The notes under the pieces: model-generated | The model's input: the letters and a program-made list of their open reading frames with translations, nothing else | Database searches by the model: none | Told to the model about the DNA's origin: nothing | Origin: a virus | Lineage: Duplodnaviria; Heunggongvirae; Uroviricota; Caudoviricetes | Direction: 5' to 3' (one strand) | Virus record (IMG/VR): IMGVR_UViG_3300017565_000001 | Span: 301,741-365,740 of that record | Length of the DNA: 64,000 bases | Shown here: in pieces, positions 17,161-26,684 of the stretch | Layout: every line of letters starts with the position of its first letter | Numbering within the stretch: position 1 is the first letter of the stretch | Made by a program: the position numbers and the translations under genes

Positions 17161-18198
17161 ATGACGACACCAATTCGAGAAAAGCAATACCAATATTCAG
17201 AAATCTTCGGTGACACCTTCCAAGGCGAAGGTCGATACACGGGAGTCCCAACCGTTTGGGTGAGGTTTTGGGGCTGCAACTTCGATTGTAATGGCTTCGG
17301 TCAGGTTGATCCCACCGACCCCAGCACTTATGATCTCAGCTACCAGACTGTTGACATCAGCAACATCAAGCGCATGGAAGACCTGCCTGTTTTCAATACC
17401 GGCTGTGACAGTTCGTATTCATGGGCAAAGAAGTTTGCGCATTTGGCCCACAAAGACACCGTGAGCGAAATGTGCAATAAGCTGGAAGCGTTCATGAAGA
17501 GTGAACATAACCCAGAAGGCAAGTTTTTGCATCCTAAGAGCGGCCAATGGACTCACTTGGCGTTCACAGGCGGTGAACCCATGATGAACCAAAATGCCAT
17601 CGTGGATATCATGCTGGAATTTGCTCGCAGGGGCAACGTGCCCAAATACGTGACTGTTGAAACGAACGGTACACAAAAAGCTCGTGCGAAGTTCGCAGAA
17701 TACCTGGAAGGTATGCCACGTGATGACGACGATCAAGTCGTCCTGTATGACGAATCTTTTGACTACACGAAGTCTTTCTACATGACTGGTCAACGCATCA
17801 TGCGTGGCGAGCAGATGGTTGGGCTCGAAGCCGAACTGGAAGCTCTAAGTGGTATTGAGTGGTTCTGGTCTGTGAGCCCCAAACTGTACTTGAGTGGTGA
17901 ACAAAAGGCCGATGCTTTGCAGCCTGATGTCGTGGCCCATTACGCTCGTTTGAGCAATGTGGGTCAACTCAAATACGTCTGTGATGGCTCAGATCGTGCA
18001 TGGCAGGAAGTAGAAGAATTCACGGCTGCATTCCGTGCCGCAGGGGTTAACTGGCCCGTCTGGATCATGCCAGTGGGAGCCACGGTCGAGGGACAGAACA
18101 AAGTTCAGGCTAAGGTGGCTGAAGAAGCGGTGCGTCGTGGTTATAACGTCGCCGCCCGTGTTCACTGCTTCGTGTTCGCAAACGTTATCGGAAAATAA
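17161..18198 (+). CDS. queE: 7-carboxy-7-deazaguanine synthase (radical SAM)
   Basis: EIFGDTFQGEG, VRFWGCNFDC...GCDS, TGGEP, VETNG, SVSPKL. Confidence 0.9.
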   Translation: MTTPIREKQYQYSEIFGDTFQGEGRYTGVPTVWVRFWGCNFDCNGFGQVDPTDPSTYDLSYQTVDISNIKRMEDLPVFNTGCDSSYSWAKKFAHLAHKDTVSEMCNKLEAFMKSEHNPEGKFLHPKSGQWTHLAFTGGEPMMNQNAIVDIMLEFARRGNVPKYVTVETNGTQKARAKFAEYLEGMPRDDDDQVVLYDESFDYTKSFYMTGQRIMRGEQMVGLEAELEALSGIEWFWSVSPKLYLSGEQKADALQPDVVAHYARLSNVGQLKYVCDGSDRAWQEVEEFTAAFRAAGVNWPVWIMPVGATVEGQNKVQAKVAEEAVRRGYNVAARVHCFVFANVIGK

Positions 18199-18500
18199 TG
18201 GCGCTGATCCAGCTCCCTATTGAAATGTGTAGATCTTCCTTAGAGCGAGTTTCTAAGGAAGATCGAACCATCAGAACTGTTCGACGATTGTCCAAGCAAA
18301 TGAAAAGTTGGCTGAAGAATCGTGACATCGAATACTCGTTTGAACATGTAGTAGAACGCTATAAGATTTCAGATGGCACGCCGAGGGAGTTCATGGGTCA
18401 GATCTATTATTTCGGCCAGAAGTGGCATTTTGAAGAACGCTGCGAACTCACTATTCCAAATGAAGACGCGGCGCTCCAGTTCAGATTGACATGGCTATGA
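18198..18500 (+). CDS. Hypothetical protein (FxxxExAxxFxL family)
   Basis: C-terminal IPNEDAALQFRLTW. Confidence 0.65.
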   Translation: MALIQLPIEMCRSSLERVSKEDRTIRTVRRLSKQMKSWLKNRDIEYSFEHVVERYKISDGTPREFMGQIYYFGQKWHFEERCELTIPNEDAALQFRLTWL

Positions 18501-18790
18501 CTAAAGAACTTTCCGTCGAAGTCCCCACAAAATGGTGGAAACTTATATCAACCAATAACGGCTTTGGTATGGCTTTCACTGGGTTGGAACAAGACATTCG
18601 AACTGACTTGGATGACTTTGACTACCGGGAAGTTCCACCCATGATCATCAGGGAATCACCAGACTCCCTCAAACATGGTATAGTCAACAAGGGGTATCTG
18701 ATTTTCAACACCCCAGAAGAAGCTGTTCGTTTCATCCTCATATGGGGCGATGCTATAGCTAATGACTGGTACACGTGGCAGAGAAAATGA
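18491..18790 (+). CDS. Hypothetical protein (FxxxExAxxFxL family)
   Basis: FNTPEEAVRFILIWG. Confidence 0.65.
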   Translation: MAMTKELSVEVPTKWWKLISTNNGFGMAFTGLEQDIRTDLDDFDYREVPPMIIRESPDSLKHGIVNKGYLIFNTPEEAVRFILIWGDAIANDWYTWQRK

Positions 18791-19116
18791 CTGACGAATA
18801 CAAGGTATTTGAAATTGTTTACGAACACGAGTTTATCACCTATGAGGAAATTCGTAATGAGAATCTGGGGTACAAGGTCGTTGACAATTCACATCCCTGG
18901 TTGGTGTCAGGATTCCATCATGGTGGCCTAACTGATGATGGTCGAGTCATATTGCGCATCAAGTATCAATTAGATGTCGACGTTTACAATCTATTCTTCC
19001 AGAATGAAATCATGTGCATGGTAATGCGCACCAATAAATTACCATGTGATGAGCTGATAATGGTGTTCGAAACGCCAGAACAAGCTGTTTTAGCTACACT
19101 GCTATGTGACAAGTAA
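18775..19116 (+). CDS. Hypothetical protein (FxxxExAxxFxL family)
   Basis: FETPEQAVLATL. Confidence 0.65.
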   Translation: MAEKMTDEYKVFEIVYEHEFITYEEIRNENLGYKVVDNSHPWLVSGFHHGGLTDDGRVILRIKYQLDVDVYNLFFQNEIMCMVMRTNKLPCDELIMVFETPEQAVLATLLCDK

Positions 19117-19117
19117 T

Positions 19118-19146
19118 TTGTACCAGGTATTGGCGCCAAGTATAAT
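19118..19146 (+). promoter_or_regulatory. sigma70-like promoter
   Basis: TTGTAC-17nt-TATAAT. Confidence 0.65.
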
Positions 19147-19169
19147 GGTTGTCAACAGGAATAATAACA

Positions 19170-19781
19170 ATGAAACTACCATTTGGATGGCTGCCCGGCC
19201 ATTGGGGTCTTAAAGGCACCACTCGGGCAATTGCAAAAGCTGAATACGAGTTGACAGGCTACGACTTGGATGCTGAGCTCGTTAAGATCAAGTATCAGGA
19301 TGAGCCCAACAAATTGGGTAGCGAACTTGATCGAGTCATGTTGAAGCATGGCAAAATCACACAACGTGAATTCGATACTGCGCAAGCACACCGTGAATAC
19401 ACGGGGACAAAGCTTGACGCAGTATTGCTTGAAATTGCATACGATTATGGCGAGTTGACTGACAACGAGTTCAACAAGAAGTTGGCCACACTTAAGGGTG
19501 AGCCGTATATCGCAGTGATTGACAGCGACTATGATCCTGAACTGGTTCTGGATGGCTTTCACTTTGAATTTGACTGGAATGAAAAGTGGATTGAAACCCT
19601 GATTGCACACGGTTACGCGGGCGCAAGCGAGGACTTGGTCGTTCAAGCCTGGTTTGAAGACGTGTGTCGTGGTGTTGTAAGCGACAGCTTCAATCAGAAC
19701 ACGGTTCCATTTAATAGCCAGGGCCCCCAGCGCCCCACCAATCGCATTCCAAGGGAAGGCGGCAAGGCTGATTATACCTAA
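19170..19781 (+). CDS. Conserved hypothetical phage protein
   Basis: ATLKGEPYI...FEFDWNEKWI...WFEDVC motif; AGGA SD. Confidence 0.7.
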   Translation: MKLPFGWLPGHWGLKGTTRAIAKAEYELTGYDLDAELVKIKYQDEPNKLGSELDRVMLKHGKITQREFDTAQAHREYTGTKLDAVLLEIAYDYGELTDNEFNKKLATLKGEPYIAVIDSDYDPELVLDGFHFEFDWNEKWIETLIAHGYAGASEDLVVQAWFEDVCRGVVSDSFNQNTVPFNSQGPQRPTNRIPREGGKADYT

Positions 19782-19798
19782 AAGAACTGGAGAAATTC

Positions 19799-20812
19799 TT
19801 GTCAAAATATATTGTGGTTGACGCAGCCAACCTTTTCTTCCGCTGCATTCATGGCGCTCAAGGTGACGCTTATTCAAAGGCTGGTTTAGCCCTTCACATC
19901 ATTCTGCGCTCAATCAAGAAGCTGTGGCGTGAACAGAAGGCAGATCATATCGTATTCGCTCTTGAATCAAAGAGCTGGCGCTACGAAATCTTCCCCAAGT
20001 ACAAGGCTCACCGTAAGGTTGCTGCACAATTGAAATCGGTTAGGGAGCAAGAAGATGATATGGTTTATAGGGAAACGCTTGACGAGTTCAACAATTTCCT
20101 GAAGACAAAAACCAATACCACCGTTCTTCAGTGTGACCGAGCCGAGGGTGATGACTTCATTGCCCGCTGGACGCAAGTTCACCCAGACGATGAACACATT
20201 ATTGTGAGTAGTGACACTGACTTCATCCAACTATTGGCTGATAACGTTAGCATTTACGACGGCGTGAAGGACATCATGATCAAGCCCGACGGCGTGTTCA
20301 ATGCTGACGGTGCTCCCCTGAAGTTCACAGTAAAAAGCGACGGCAAGCTGAAGATTGGCGAAGAAGTTGACATGGTTAATGGTGACTTTGAAGTCGAACC
20401 CGAATGGTGGCGCCGTGCGCTGTTCATGAAGTGTATGCGTGGTGATTCCGGTGATGGCATTTTCAGTGCATATCCCAAAGTTCGCGAGACCAAGCTGAAG
20501 GCTGCGTGGGAAGATCGAATCGAACGTGGCTACAACTGGAACAACCTGATGCTTCAGACGTGGGATGATGCCGGTCAGGAAGCCAAAGTTCAAGACCGTT
20601 ATGAGTTCAACCGTGAATTGATTGACTTGACTCGCCAACCCCAGGACGTCAAGGATATCATGGATCAAGCCATTGTTGAAGCGGTGTCTCAACCCAGTAA
20701 AACAGGTGTTGGTATTCACTTTCTGCGGTTCTGTGAAAAGAACGGTTTGGTGAACGTCAGCAAAGAAGCCAAAGACCATACGGGCTACTTGAACGCCCCA
20801 TATGCAAAGTGA
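19799..20812 (+). CDS. rnh: 5'-3' exonuclease / T4 RNase H-like flap nuclease
   Basis: IVVDAANLFFR, YKAHR, EGDDFIA, SSDTDFIQL, RGDSGDGI; TTG start. Confidence 0.9.
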   Translation: MSKYIVVDAANLFFRCIHGAQGDAYSKAGLALHIILRSIKKLWREQKADHIVFALESKSWRYEIFPKYKAHRKVAAQLKSVREQEDDMVYRETLDEFNNFLKTKTNTTVLQCDRAEGDDFIARWTQVHPDDEHIIVSSDTDFIQLLADNVSIYDGVKDIMIKPDGVFNADGAPLKFTVKSDGKLKIGEEVDMVNGDFEVEPEWWRRALFMKCMRGDSGDGIFSAYPKVRETKLKAAWEDRIERGYNWNNLMLQTWDDAGQEAKVQDRYEFNRELIDLTRQPQDVKDIMDQAIVEAVSQPSKTGVGIHFLRFCEKNGLVNVSKEAKDHTGYLNAPYAK

Positions 20813-20869
20813 AAATATTGATATGATGTGATAGCCATTGCATCATATCAGTCAACACATAAGATAATC

Positions 20870-21418
20870 ATGCCGATTGAAAACGAACGGAAATATGTCC
20901 TAAGGGACGAAGATTCATCTGGATTTAAGGCTAAACTGGTAACTATGCCAGGTGCAACGTCCTTGGATCTGAAACAAGGTTACCTGGACAAAGCCAATCG
21001 AATCCGGTCAATCCGTCGACTGGACGGGACGGTCCAATACTTGTTCACCTACAAGACAAAAGTGAACGGCAACCAGATTGAAATTGAAAACGAAATCTCG
21101 GAACGTGACTTCAACAGTCTGTGGACTCTCGTAGGTAATGTCATTACCAAAACTCGGATTGTTGTCCCATTTGGGGATTACAAATGGGAAGTAGACTTCC
21201 TGCATAGCTACAAGAAGAAAACGCTGGGTGAGTGCTATCTGGTTATGGCAGAAGTTGAGTTGCCAGAAGATCAGGAGCTCCCCAATCAAGTGCCCGACTT
21301 CATATCCGAAAACCTGGTTTATCTGGTTCCCCGGGATGATCGCCGCTTTATTAATCGTAATCTATCTAGGGTTGGTACCGTCAAGCAGATGGTCCAAGAA
21401 TTGAAAAATGTCCAATAA
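20870..21418 (+). CDS. CYTH-domain (triphosphate tunnel) protein
   Basis: IENERKY (ExExK), QGYL, IEIENEI, KTR, WEVDF, AEVEL. Confidence 0.85.
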   Translation: MPIENERKYVLRDEDSSGFKAKLVTMPGATSLDLKQGYLDKANRIRSIRRLDGTVQYLFTYKTKVNGNQIEIENEISERDFNSLWTLVGNVITKTRIVVPFGDYKWEVDFLHSYKKKTLGECYLVMAEVELPEDQELPNQVPDFISENLVYLVPRDDRRFINRNLSRVGTVKQMVQELKNVQ

Positions 21419-21884
21419 CGTAAATCTACACAAAGTCACAGCCAACTGCTGGATTGCCAACACAAATGGCAGCCCCATTGCATTGATTCATCGGGGCGAT
21501 GATCACTATCTGTACATGACTCCGGATGGTTCCCAGAAGTTCAAAAACATGGCTGACATCAAGACCTATCTGGGTGGTACTGTCAAGGAACAGATTACCG
21601 AAGCCAAGTCAGGACTTGACAGCGAGGCAATGGAAGATATTGATGGCTTCCCGGTCAAGCACGCAAACATCTCGGTAGAAACTGGTGGTGAACGCCCCGT
21701 TTACGTGCGCGGTAAGAAGATTCAACACGTGGCTGGATACTGGTGCATCAAGTTCAGCAAGAGCTGGGTGCCAAGCTTCTGCCCACTGCTCAATACGGTC
21801 GAAAAGTATCAGAGCGCCGGTCCTTTCAAGACTCGGCTGGAAATGATGAACAACCTTTCTGAACTCAACAGGGCCGCTAAATAA
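21408..21884 (+). CDS. Conserved hypothetical phage protein
   Basis: AGYWCIKF..WVPSFCPLL...GPFKT motif. Confidence 0.7.
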   Translation: MSNNVNLHKVTANCWIANTNGSPIALIHRGDDHYLYMTPDGSQKFKNMADIKTYLGGTVKEQITEAKSGLDSEAMEDIDGFPVKHANISVETGGERPVYVRGKKIQHVAGYWCIKFSKSWVPSFCPLLNTVEKYQSAGPFKTRLEMMNNLSELNRAAK

Positions 21885-21904
21885 TTGCCCTGAAGGAGAG
21901 AAAT

Positions 21905-22168
21905 ATGAAGATTGAAGTATATTCCAAGACCGTTTGTCCGTTCTGCACCCAAGCCAAAGCTTGGTTGAAGAATAACGGATTTGAGTACCAGGAAGTAAAC
22001 CTGGACAACGACGAAGAGCGTATGGCCTTTTACGAACGAGTCGGGAACGGCGTTCGTACTGTTCCACAAATCTATGTTGATGGTACTCGCCTGGGTGGCT
22101 TTCAGGACCTTATCAAGAGTGACTTGATCGAACGCCGTAACGCCAGTTCGTTCGACGAGGATTTCTGA
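21905..22168 (+). CDS. Glutaredoxin
   Basis: CPFC, RTVPQIY, GGF. Confidence 0.95.
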   Translation: MKIEVYSKTVCPFCTQAKAWLKNNGFEYQEVNLDNDEERMAFYERVGNGVRTVPQIYVDGTRLGGFQDLIKSDLIERRNASSFDEDF

Positions 22169-22263
22169 GCGCCCGTTACAGTATAGTTCTTGCTAACCTT
22201 TGCGAGTTTCTATATTGTATACAAATGGCGTAGGTAGCCAGACAGCGACAAACTCAATAATAA

Positions 22264-22293
22264 GGCCCCAGACAATGATCTGGGGCCATTCAT
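22264..22293 (+). terminator. Stem-loop
   Basis: GGCCCCAGA-CAATGA-TCTGGGGCC followed by ATTCAT. Confidence 0.6.
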
Positions 22294-22333
22294 TTGGTGA
22301 ATTAAAGTGAGGGTTCACTTGGTAGGGGTATGG

Positions 22334-22341
22334 CATAAATA
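22334..22341 (+). promoter_or_regulatory. Late promoter motif
   Basis: CATAAATA upstream of 22374. Confidence 0.55.
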
Positions 22342-22373
22342 TGTGGTAAGTTCATTAGTGAGGTAATGATAAA

Positions 22374-22697
22374 ATGAGCCGCCCGAAGCCGTCTGTTCTG
22401 CTGAATCACACTGACAGCAGAACTTATAAAAGCGAGCAGATCCTCGCTGCTGACGCCATTTATGCCGTGTTTTATGAAGGTAAACCCATCAACTTGCGCT
22501 CACTAAATAGTTTGGTGAACTATCCAGGGCCCAAGTACAAGAAGGTCTCGTTCAGTAATCCTGGACATGCATTCAATCTAGCCGAAAAGCTGAATGCTCT
22601 GTTCAAGACTGACAAGTTCGAGGTCTTCAAGCTAACCCAAGGCGAGAAGGTCAAAGAATTCCAGGAATCCGATGACAATCCACCAGAAGATAGCTGA
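22374..22697 (+). CDS. Conserved hypothetical phage protein
   Basis: MSRPKP...PGPKYKKVSFSNPGHA; GAGG SD. Confidence 0.75.
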   Translation: MSRPKPSVLLNHTDSRTYKSEQILAADAIYAVFYEGKPINLRSLNSLVNYPGPKYKKVSFSNPGHAFNLAEKLNALFKTDKFEVFKLTQGEKVKEFQESDDNPPEDS

Positions 22698-23103
22698 AGC
22701 ACTGATAATACAAGCTGAAGCAAAAAGCAGTCCCCTGAAGAACTTGCTGGATGGTAAAACTGTCCAGCAAGTTTGCCATTTGATTTTCATGAATTATCGT
22801 GAGGGTAACGGTCGAACCGTCAAAGGTCTTCGTTTAAGCGATACTGGCCTACAACTCATGAAAGCTTTCTTCCAATGCCATGATGTGACTCTGACACCAG
22901 GGTATCGCATCACTGCCCCACATCTCATCTATATGGATCGCGTCAATCGCATGCCATATTGGTTCAACAATTCCTATTGCGCAATGTTCGACACCGAGCT
23001 CGCCATGATGCTCAAACTGGCAGATGGCAAGATCCAAGGATTGATCGATATGCGTTTTAGGCTCGTCTCTTCTGACTCTACGCTGAATCCAGACCAAGAC
23101 TAG
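22672..23103 (+). CDS. Hypothetical protein
   Basis: GLRLSDTG...MDR...PYW motif. Confidence 0.65.
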   Translation: MTIHQKIAEALIIQAEAKSSPLKNLLDGKTVQQVCHLIFMNYREGNGRTVKGLRLSDTGLQLMKAFFQCHDVTLTPGYRITAPHLIYMDRVNRMPYWFNNSYCAMFDTELAMMLKLADGKIQGLIDMRFRLVSSDSTLNPDQD

Positions 23104-23221
23104 GTCTGACTTCCGCAACATCCCACACCACTGTTACAATTTAGTGAATGGCGCAAACCTAGAATCCAAGCGGTTTGCCAGTCCACCAACTTTTTATTTG
23201 ATGAAAAATCAATAAATTCGC

Positions 23222-23250
23222 TTGACTGGCATTTCATTGTTCTTTAATCT
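23222..23250 (+). promoter_or_regulatory. sigma70-like early promoter
   Basis: TTGACT-17nt-TAATCT with AT-rich upstream tract. Confidence 0.6.
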
Positions 23251-23339
23251 TGCTTTTGTGCTGAAACACAAAGCGCAAGCGCAACAAGCGCAGCAAGTAT
23301 TAAGTAACCCGCCCGCATAAAGCCAAGGAGCTAAATTCG

Positions 23340-24470
23340 ATGAGCAAGAACAAGCAAGAAGCCAACCTGATCAAGCTGAAGCCCAGCGAAACCACGCAAG
23401 CCCTGCGTCACATGGTCAACAAGAAGACCGCCGTGTTCCTGTGGGGTCCCCCGGGCATCGGCAAGTCCAGCCTGATCAAGGCGCTGGCTGCTGAACTCGG
23501 CTACGACTTCATCGACATTCGACTGTCCCAGATGGATCCCACCGACCTGCGCGGTATCCCGTATCCCACCGAAGAACTCGACGCCGACGGCAAGCCGCAG
23601 AAGGGCATGAAGTGGTCGCCCCCGCTGGTGCTGCCCCGTGACCCGAACGCCAAGGCCCTGATCCTGCTGGATGAATTCAACTCGGCCGCTCCGACCGTGC
23701 AAGCCGCGTCGTATCAGCTGGTGCTGGACCGCGCACTGGGCGAGTACGTGCTGCCCGAGAACTGCGTGATCATCGCTGCAGGCAACCGCGAAACGGACAA
23801 GGGCATCACGTTCCGTATGCCGACCCCGATCGCGAACCGTTTCGTTCACATCGAAATGGAAGCCAACTTCGATGACTGGCTGCAAGTCGCGCTGAACGCG
23901 AACTACGACAAGGACGTCGTCGGCTACCTGACCGCATTCAAGCACGAACTGTTCAGCTTCGACGCTGGCAGCGCAAGCCGCGGCTTCCAGACGCCTCGTT
24001 CGTGGGAATTCGTGTCCCGCATCATGGACGGCGCCAACGCCCTGCCCGGCCAGGTCCTGACGGGTCTGATCACGGGTGCGATCGGCGACGGTCAAGCGAT
24101 GAAGTTCCTGGAGCACCGCAAGAACGCGGAACACATGCCCAACCCGTCCGACGTGCTGGCCGGCACCGTGAAGCAGCTGAAGCGCAACGACGTTTCGCTC
24201 TGCTACGCGCTGACGACCGCGCTCTGCTACGAGCTGCGCGACCGCTGGACCGAAGCGACCCGTGAAGGCAAGCCGAAGGACGAAGTGCGTACGGCATGGC
24301 TGAAGCAAGCCAACAACTTCATCGACTTCATGATGAAGAACTTCGGTCCCGAAGTGACGGTGATGGGCGCCAAGACCGCGCTGAGCGTCTTCAAGCTGCC
24401 CTTCGATCCCAAGAAGATGCCGGCCTTCGAAGAGTTCACCAAGAAGTTCAAGGACATGATTATGTCTTAA
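23340..24470 (+). CDS. MoxR-family AAA+ ATPase
   Basis: Walker A GPPGIGKS, Walker B LLDEFN, AAGN, NRF; AAGGAG SD. Confidence 0.9.
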   Translation: MSKNKQEANLIKLKPSETTQALRHMVNKKTAVFLWGPPGIGKSSLIKALAAELGYDFIDIRLSQMDPTDLRGIPYPTEELDADGKPQKGMKWSPPLVLPRDPNAKALILLDEFNSAAPTVQAASYQLVLDRALGEYVLPENCVIIAAGNRETDKGITFRMPTPIANRFVHIEMEANFDDWLQVALNANYDKDVVGYLTAFKHELFSFDAGSASRGFQTPRSWEFVSRIMDGANALPGQVLTGLITGAIGDGQAMKFLEHRKNAEHMPNPSDVLAGTVKQLKRNDVSLCYALTTALCYELRDRWTEATREGKPKDEVRTAWLKQANNFIDFMMKNFGPEVTVMGAKTALSVFKLPFDPKKMPAFEEFTKKFKDMIMS

Positions 24471-24490
24471 GGCGCGGGCGGAAACGTGCC

Positions 24491-24520
24491 GGGGCGAGGC
24501 TTTCGGGCCTCGCCCTTTTC
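24491..24520 (+). terminator. Intrinsic terminator
   Basis: GGGCGAGGC(T)-TTCG-(G)GCCTCGCCC-TTTT. Confidence 0.8.
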
Positions 24521-24647
24521 ATTAGCAATAACCCCGTACCTGGTTGCGTATCACAATCATGTTATCCTGGTAGCCAGGAATCCGCCGATAACGGGGCAAT
24601 AACCAGCCATGACAGATGTAACTTTCACTTGCCAGTCATGAAATCAC

Positions 24648-24676
24648 TTGACTGTTATGGCAACAAAGTCTAGAAT
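24648..24676 (+). promoter_or_regulatory. sigma70-like early promoter
   Basis: TTGACT-17nt-TAGAAT. Confidence 0.75.
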
Positions 24677-24708
24677 CAGTTACCTTAAAAAAGTGAGGAC
24701 CGCCCCGC

Positions 24709-25935
24709 ATGTCACAAGATTACAATAGCGACCCCATCGTCAAAGCGATTGTCGCCGCCCGCATCAAGCTCCTTCTGGAGAAGCCCTTCTTCGGCAACCT
24801 GGCGACGCGTCTGATTCTGATGGACGCCTCGGACTGGTGCAAGACTGCCGCAACCGACGGACGCCATCTCTTCTACAACCGTGAATTCATCAAGGGCCTG
24901 TCCCAAGCTGAACTTCTGTTCCTGCTGGGCCACGAAGTGCTTCACTGCGTTTACGATCACTTGGGTCGTCGTGGTGGTCGTGATCCCAAGGTGTGGAACA
25001 TGGCCAACGACTACATCGTCAACTATACGCTGACGAAAGAAGGTTGCGGCCGTATGCCCCAAGGCGGCCTGTACGAAGACAAGTACAACGACACCATGTC
25101 GTCGGAAGAGGTCTACAACATCCTGATGAAGAACAGCACGACCATCAAGATGACGCTGGACGAGCACATCGACCCGACCACTGGCCAGCCGGAAGACGGT
25201 GAAGGTGGCGAAGGCGGCAAGGAAGTCGAAGTCCGCGTGATGGGCAAAAACGGCCCGCCCAAGCTGACCGAAGAAGAAATGCAGGAAATCCGCAACGAAA
25301 TTCGTTCGGCTACCATGCAAGCTGCGCAGGCTGTGGGTGCGGACAAGACCCCCGGTGGCGTGAAGCGCCTGATCGATGCGTTCACCAAGCCCAAGATGGA
25401 CTGGCGTGCCCTGCTGGAAACGCACCTGAAGTCCAGCATCCGCAACGACTACACCTTCCAGCGCGTAAACCGTCGCTCGTGGTCGGTCGGGGCAATTCTG
25501 CCTGGCATGGACTACATGGACACGGTCGAGCTGGCCATCGCGATCGATACCTCGGGTTCGATGACCGATGAAATGCTGCGCGACTTCCTGGGTGAAGTGA
25601 AGGGCATCATGGATACGTTCCAGGATTTCAAGCTGACGCTCTGGACGTTCGATACCCAGGTCTGGAACCCGCAACAGTTCTCCATGGAGAACGCGGAAGA
25701 AATCCTGTCCTACGACCCCAAGGGCGGTGGTGGTACCCTGTTCGAAGTGAACTGGGACTACATGAAGGAAGAAGGCTTGCAGCCGCAGCGCTTCGTGATG
25801 TTCACCGACGGCTACCCGGGTCACACCTGGGGTGACGAGAACTACGTGGACACGCTGTTCGTGATTCACGGCGGGTTCACGGGTGAAGCTCCGTTCGGTA
25901 TCACGGCGTACTACGACGGCCCGAAGGAAAAGTAA
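24709..25935 (+). CDS. DUF2201-type metallopeptidase-like + vWA protein (MoxR partner)
   Basis: TAATDG, HEVLH zincin motif, MIDAS DTSGS, GGGGT, FTDG. Confidence 0.88.
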   Translation: MSQDYNSDPIVKAIVAARIKLLLEKPFFGNLATRLILMDASDWCKTAATDGRHLFYNREFIKGLSQAELLFLLGHEVLHCVYDHLGRRGGRDPKVWNMANDYIVNYTLTKEGCGRMPQGGLYEDKYNDTMSSEEVYNILMKNSTTIKMTLDEHIDPTTGQPEDGEGGEGGKEVEVRVMGKNGPPKLTEEEMQEIRNEIRSATMQAAQAVGADKTPGGVKRLIDAFTKPKMDWRALLETHLKSSIRNDYTFQRVNRRSWSVGAILPGMDYMDTVELAIAIDTSGSMTDEMLRDFLGEVKGIMDTFQDFKLTLWTFDTQVWNPQQFSMENAEEILSYDPKGGGGTLFEVNWDYMKEEGLQPQRFVMFTDGYPGHTWGDENYVDTLFVIHGGFTGEAPFGITAYYDGPKEK

Positions 25936-25954
25936 GCCGGCCAGCAGTACAAGG

Positions 25955-25984
25955 ATGGGACCCCAAATGGGGTCCCATTTCATT
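25955..25984 (+). terminator. Stem-loop
   Basis: ATGGGACCCCA-AA-TGGGGTCCCAT then TTCAT. Confidence 0.65.
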
Positions 25985-26078
25985 CTGTACTTGATTATTG
26001 TTCATCTACGACGTTAGAATGAAATTCGCAGCGTTACATCTTATGAGGAAATAACCCCAACTATAAGGAACCTTTGCC

Positions 26079-26684
26079 ATGACGATCGAACGTATTACCA
26101 AGAATTTGGTTGAAAGCGGTCTGCCCAAAGAGCTTGCGGAACTATTCGCAAGCGGTGACATTGAAGCGGCGTTGTGGCAATGGGAAAACGGTTCCAAGTA
26201 CGAAACGCACGGGGAATATTCCAACCTCAGAATGATGCTGTATCGGGCACGAACCAAGATGACGAACGAGGTTCTCGCACGTTCGAACAGTATGCCCATT
26301 TATGGGACTGATCTGGTCATACCATGGGGCTTGGCGATCAAGCATCAAGCTCGCATCAAACAGAACACCAAGCAAACCCTGGAAACCATGCGGGATAGTG
26401 GCGGTTTGACGCCGTGCGAAATGCTTGCCGCTCTGGAAGAGCGGGATGTGACAAGCATACCCGAAAAAGACGCCATCGCTCGAATCCAGGAAATTGTGTC
26501 CGAGTTCCAGGCTGAAGAACGTAGCCTGGCTCTGAAACCGCTCACTGATGAAATCGATAGTGTTGCGATGACCTATGACATTATCGCAGCTCAGGGCAAC
26601 GGCATCGTGGGCGCTCGCCAAGTGGCAGCCGACATTCGAATGAACATCATTCCCGCTATCAAGCGATTCTTTTCGAGAACTTGA
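26079..26684 (+). CDS. Hypothetical protein
   Basis: AAGGA SD; IPW...H...Q...QTLE...GGL..CE motif. Confidence 0.7.
   Translation: MTIERITKNLVESGLPKELAELFASGDIEAALWQWENGSKYETHGEYSNLRMMLYRARTKMTNEVLARSNSMPIYGTDLVIPWGLAIKHQARIKQNTKQTLETMRDSGGLTPCEMLAALEERDVTSIPEKDAIARIQEIVSEFQAEERSLALKPLTDEIDSVAMTYDIIAAQGNGIVGARQVAADIRMNIIPAIKRFFSRT

Noticed and set aside
23272-23297. AGCGCA(A/G) short repeats in the MoxR leader
   Set aside because: Only three short imperfect copies; insufficient to call a repeat element
23331-25983. Long antisense ORFs (325 aa, 423 aa) opposite MoxR/vWA, and 367 aa opposite ligase
   Set aside because: Shadow frames caused by strong C/G third-position bias; no SD or motifs, and the sense genes are clearly real
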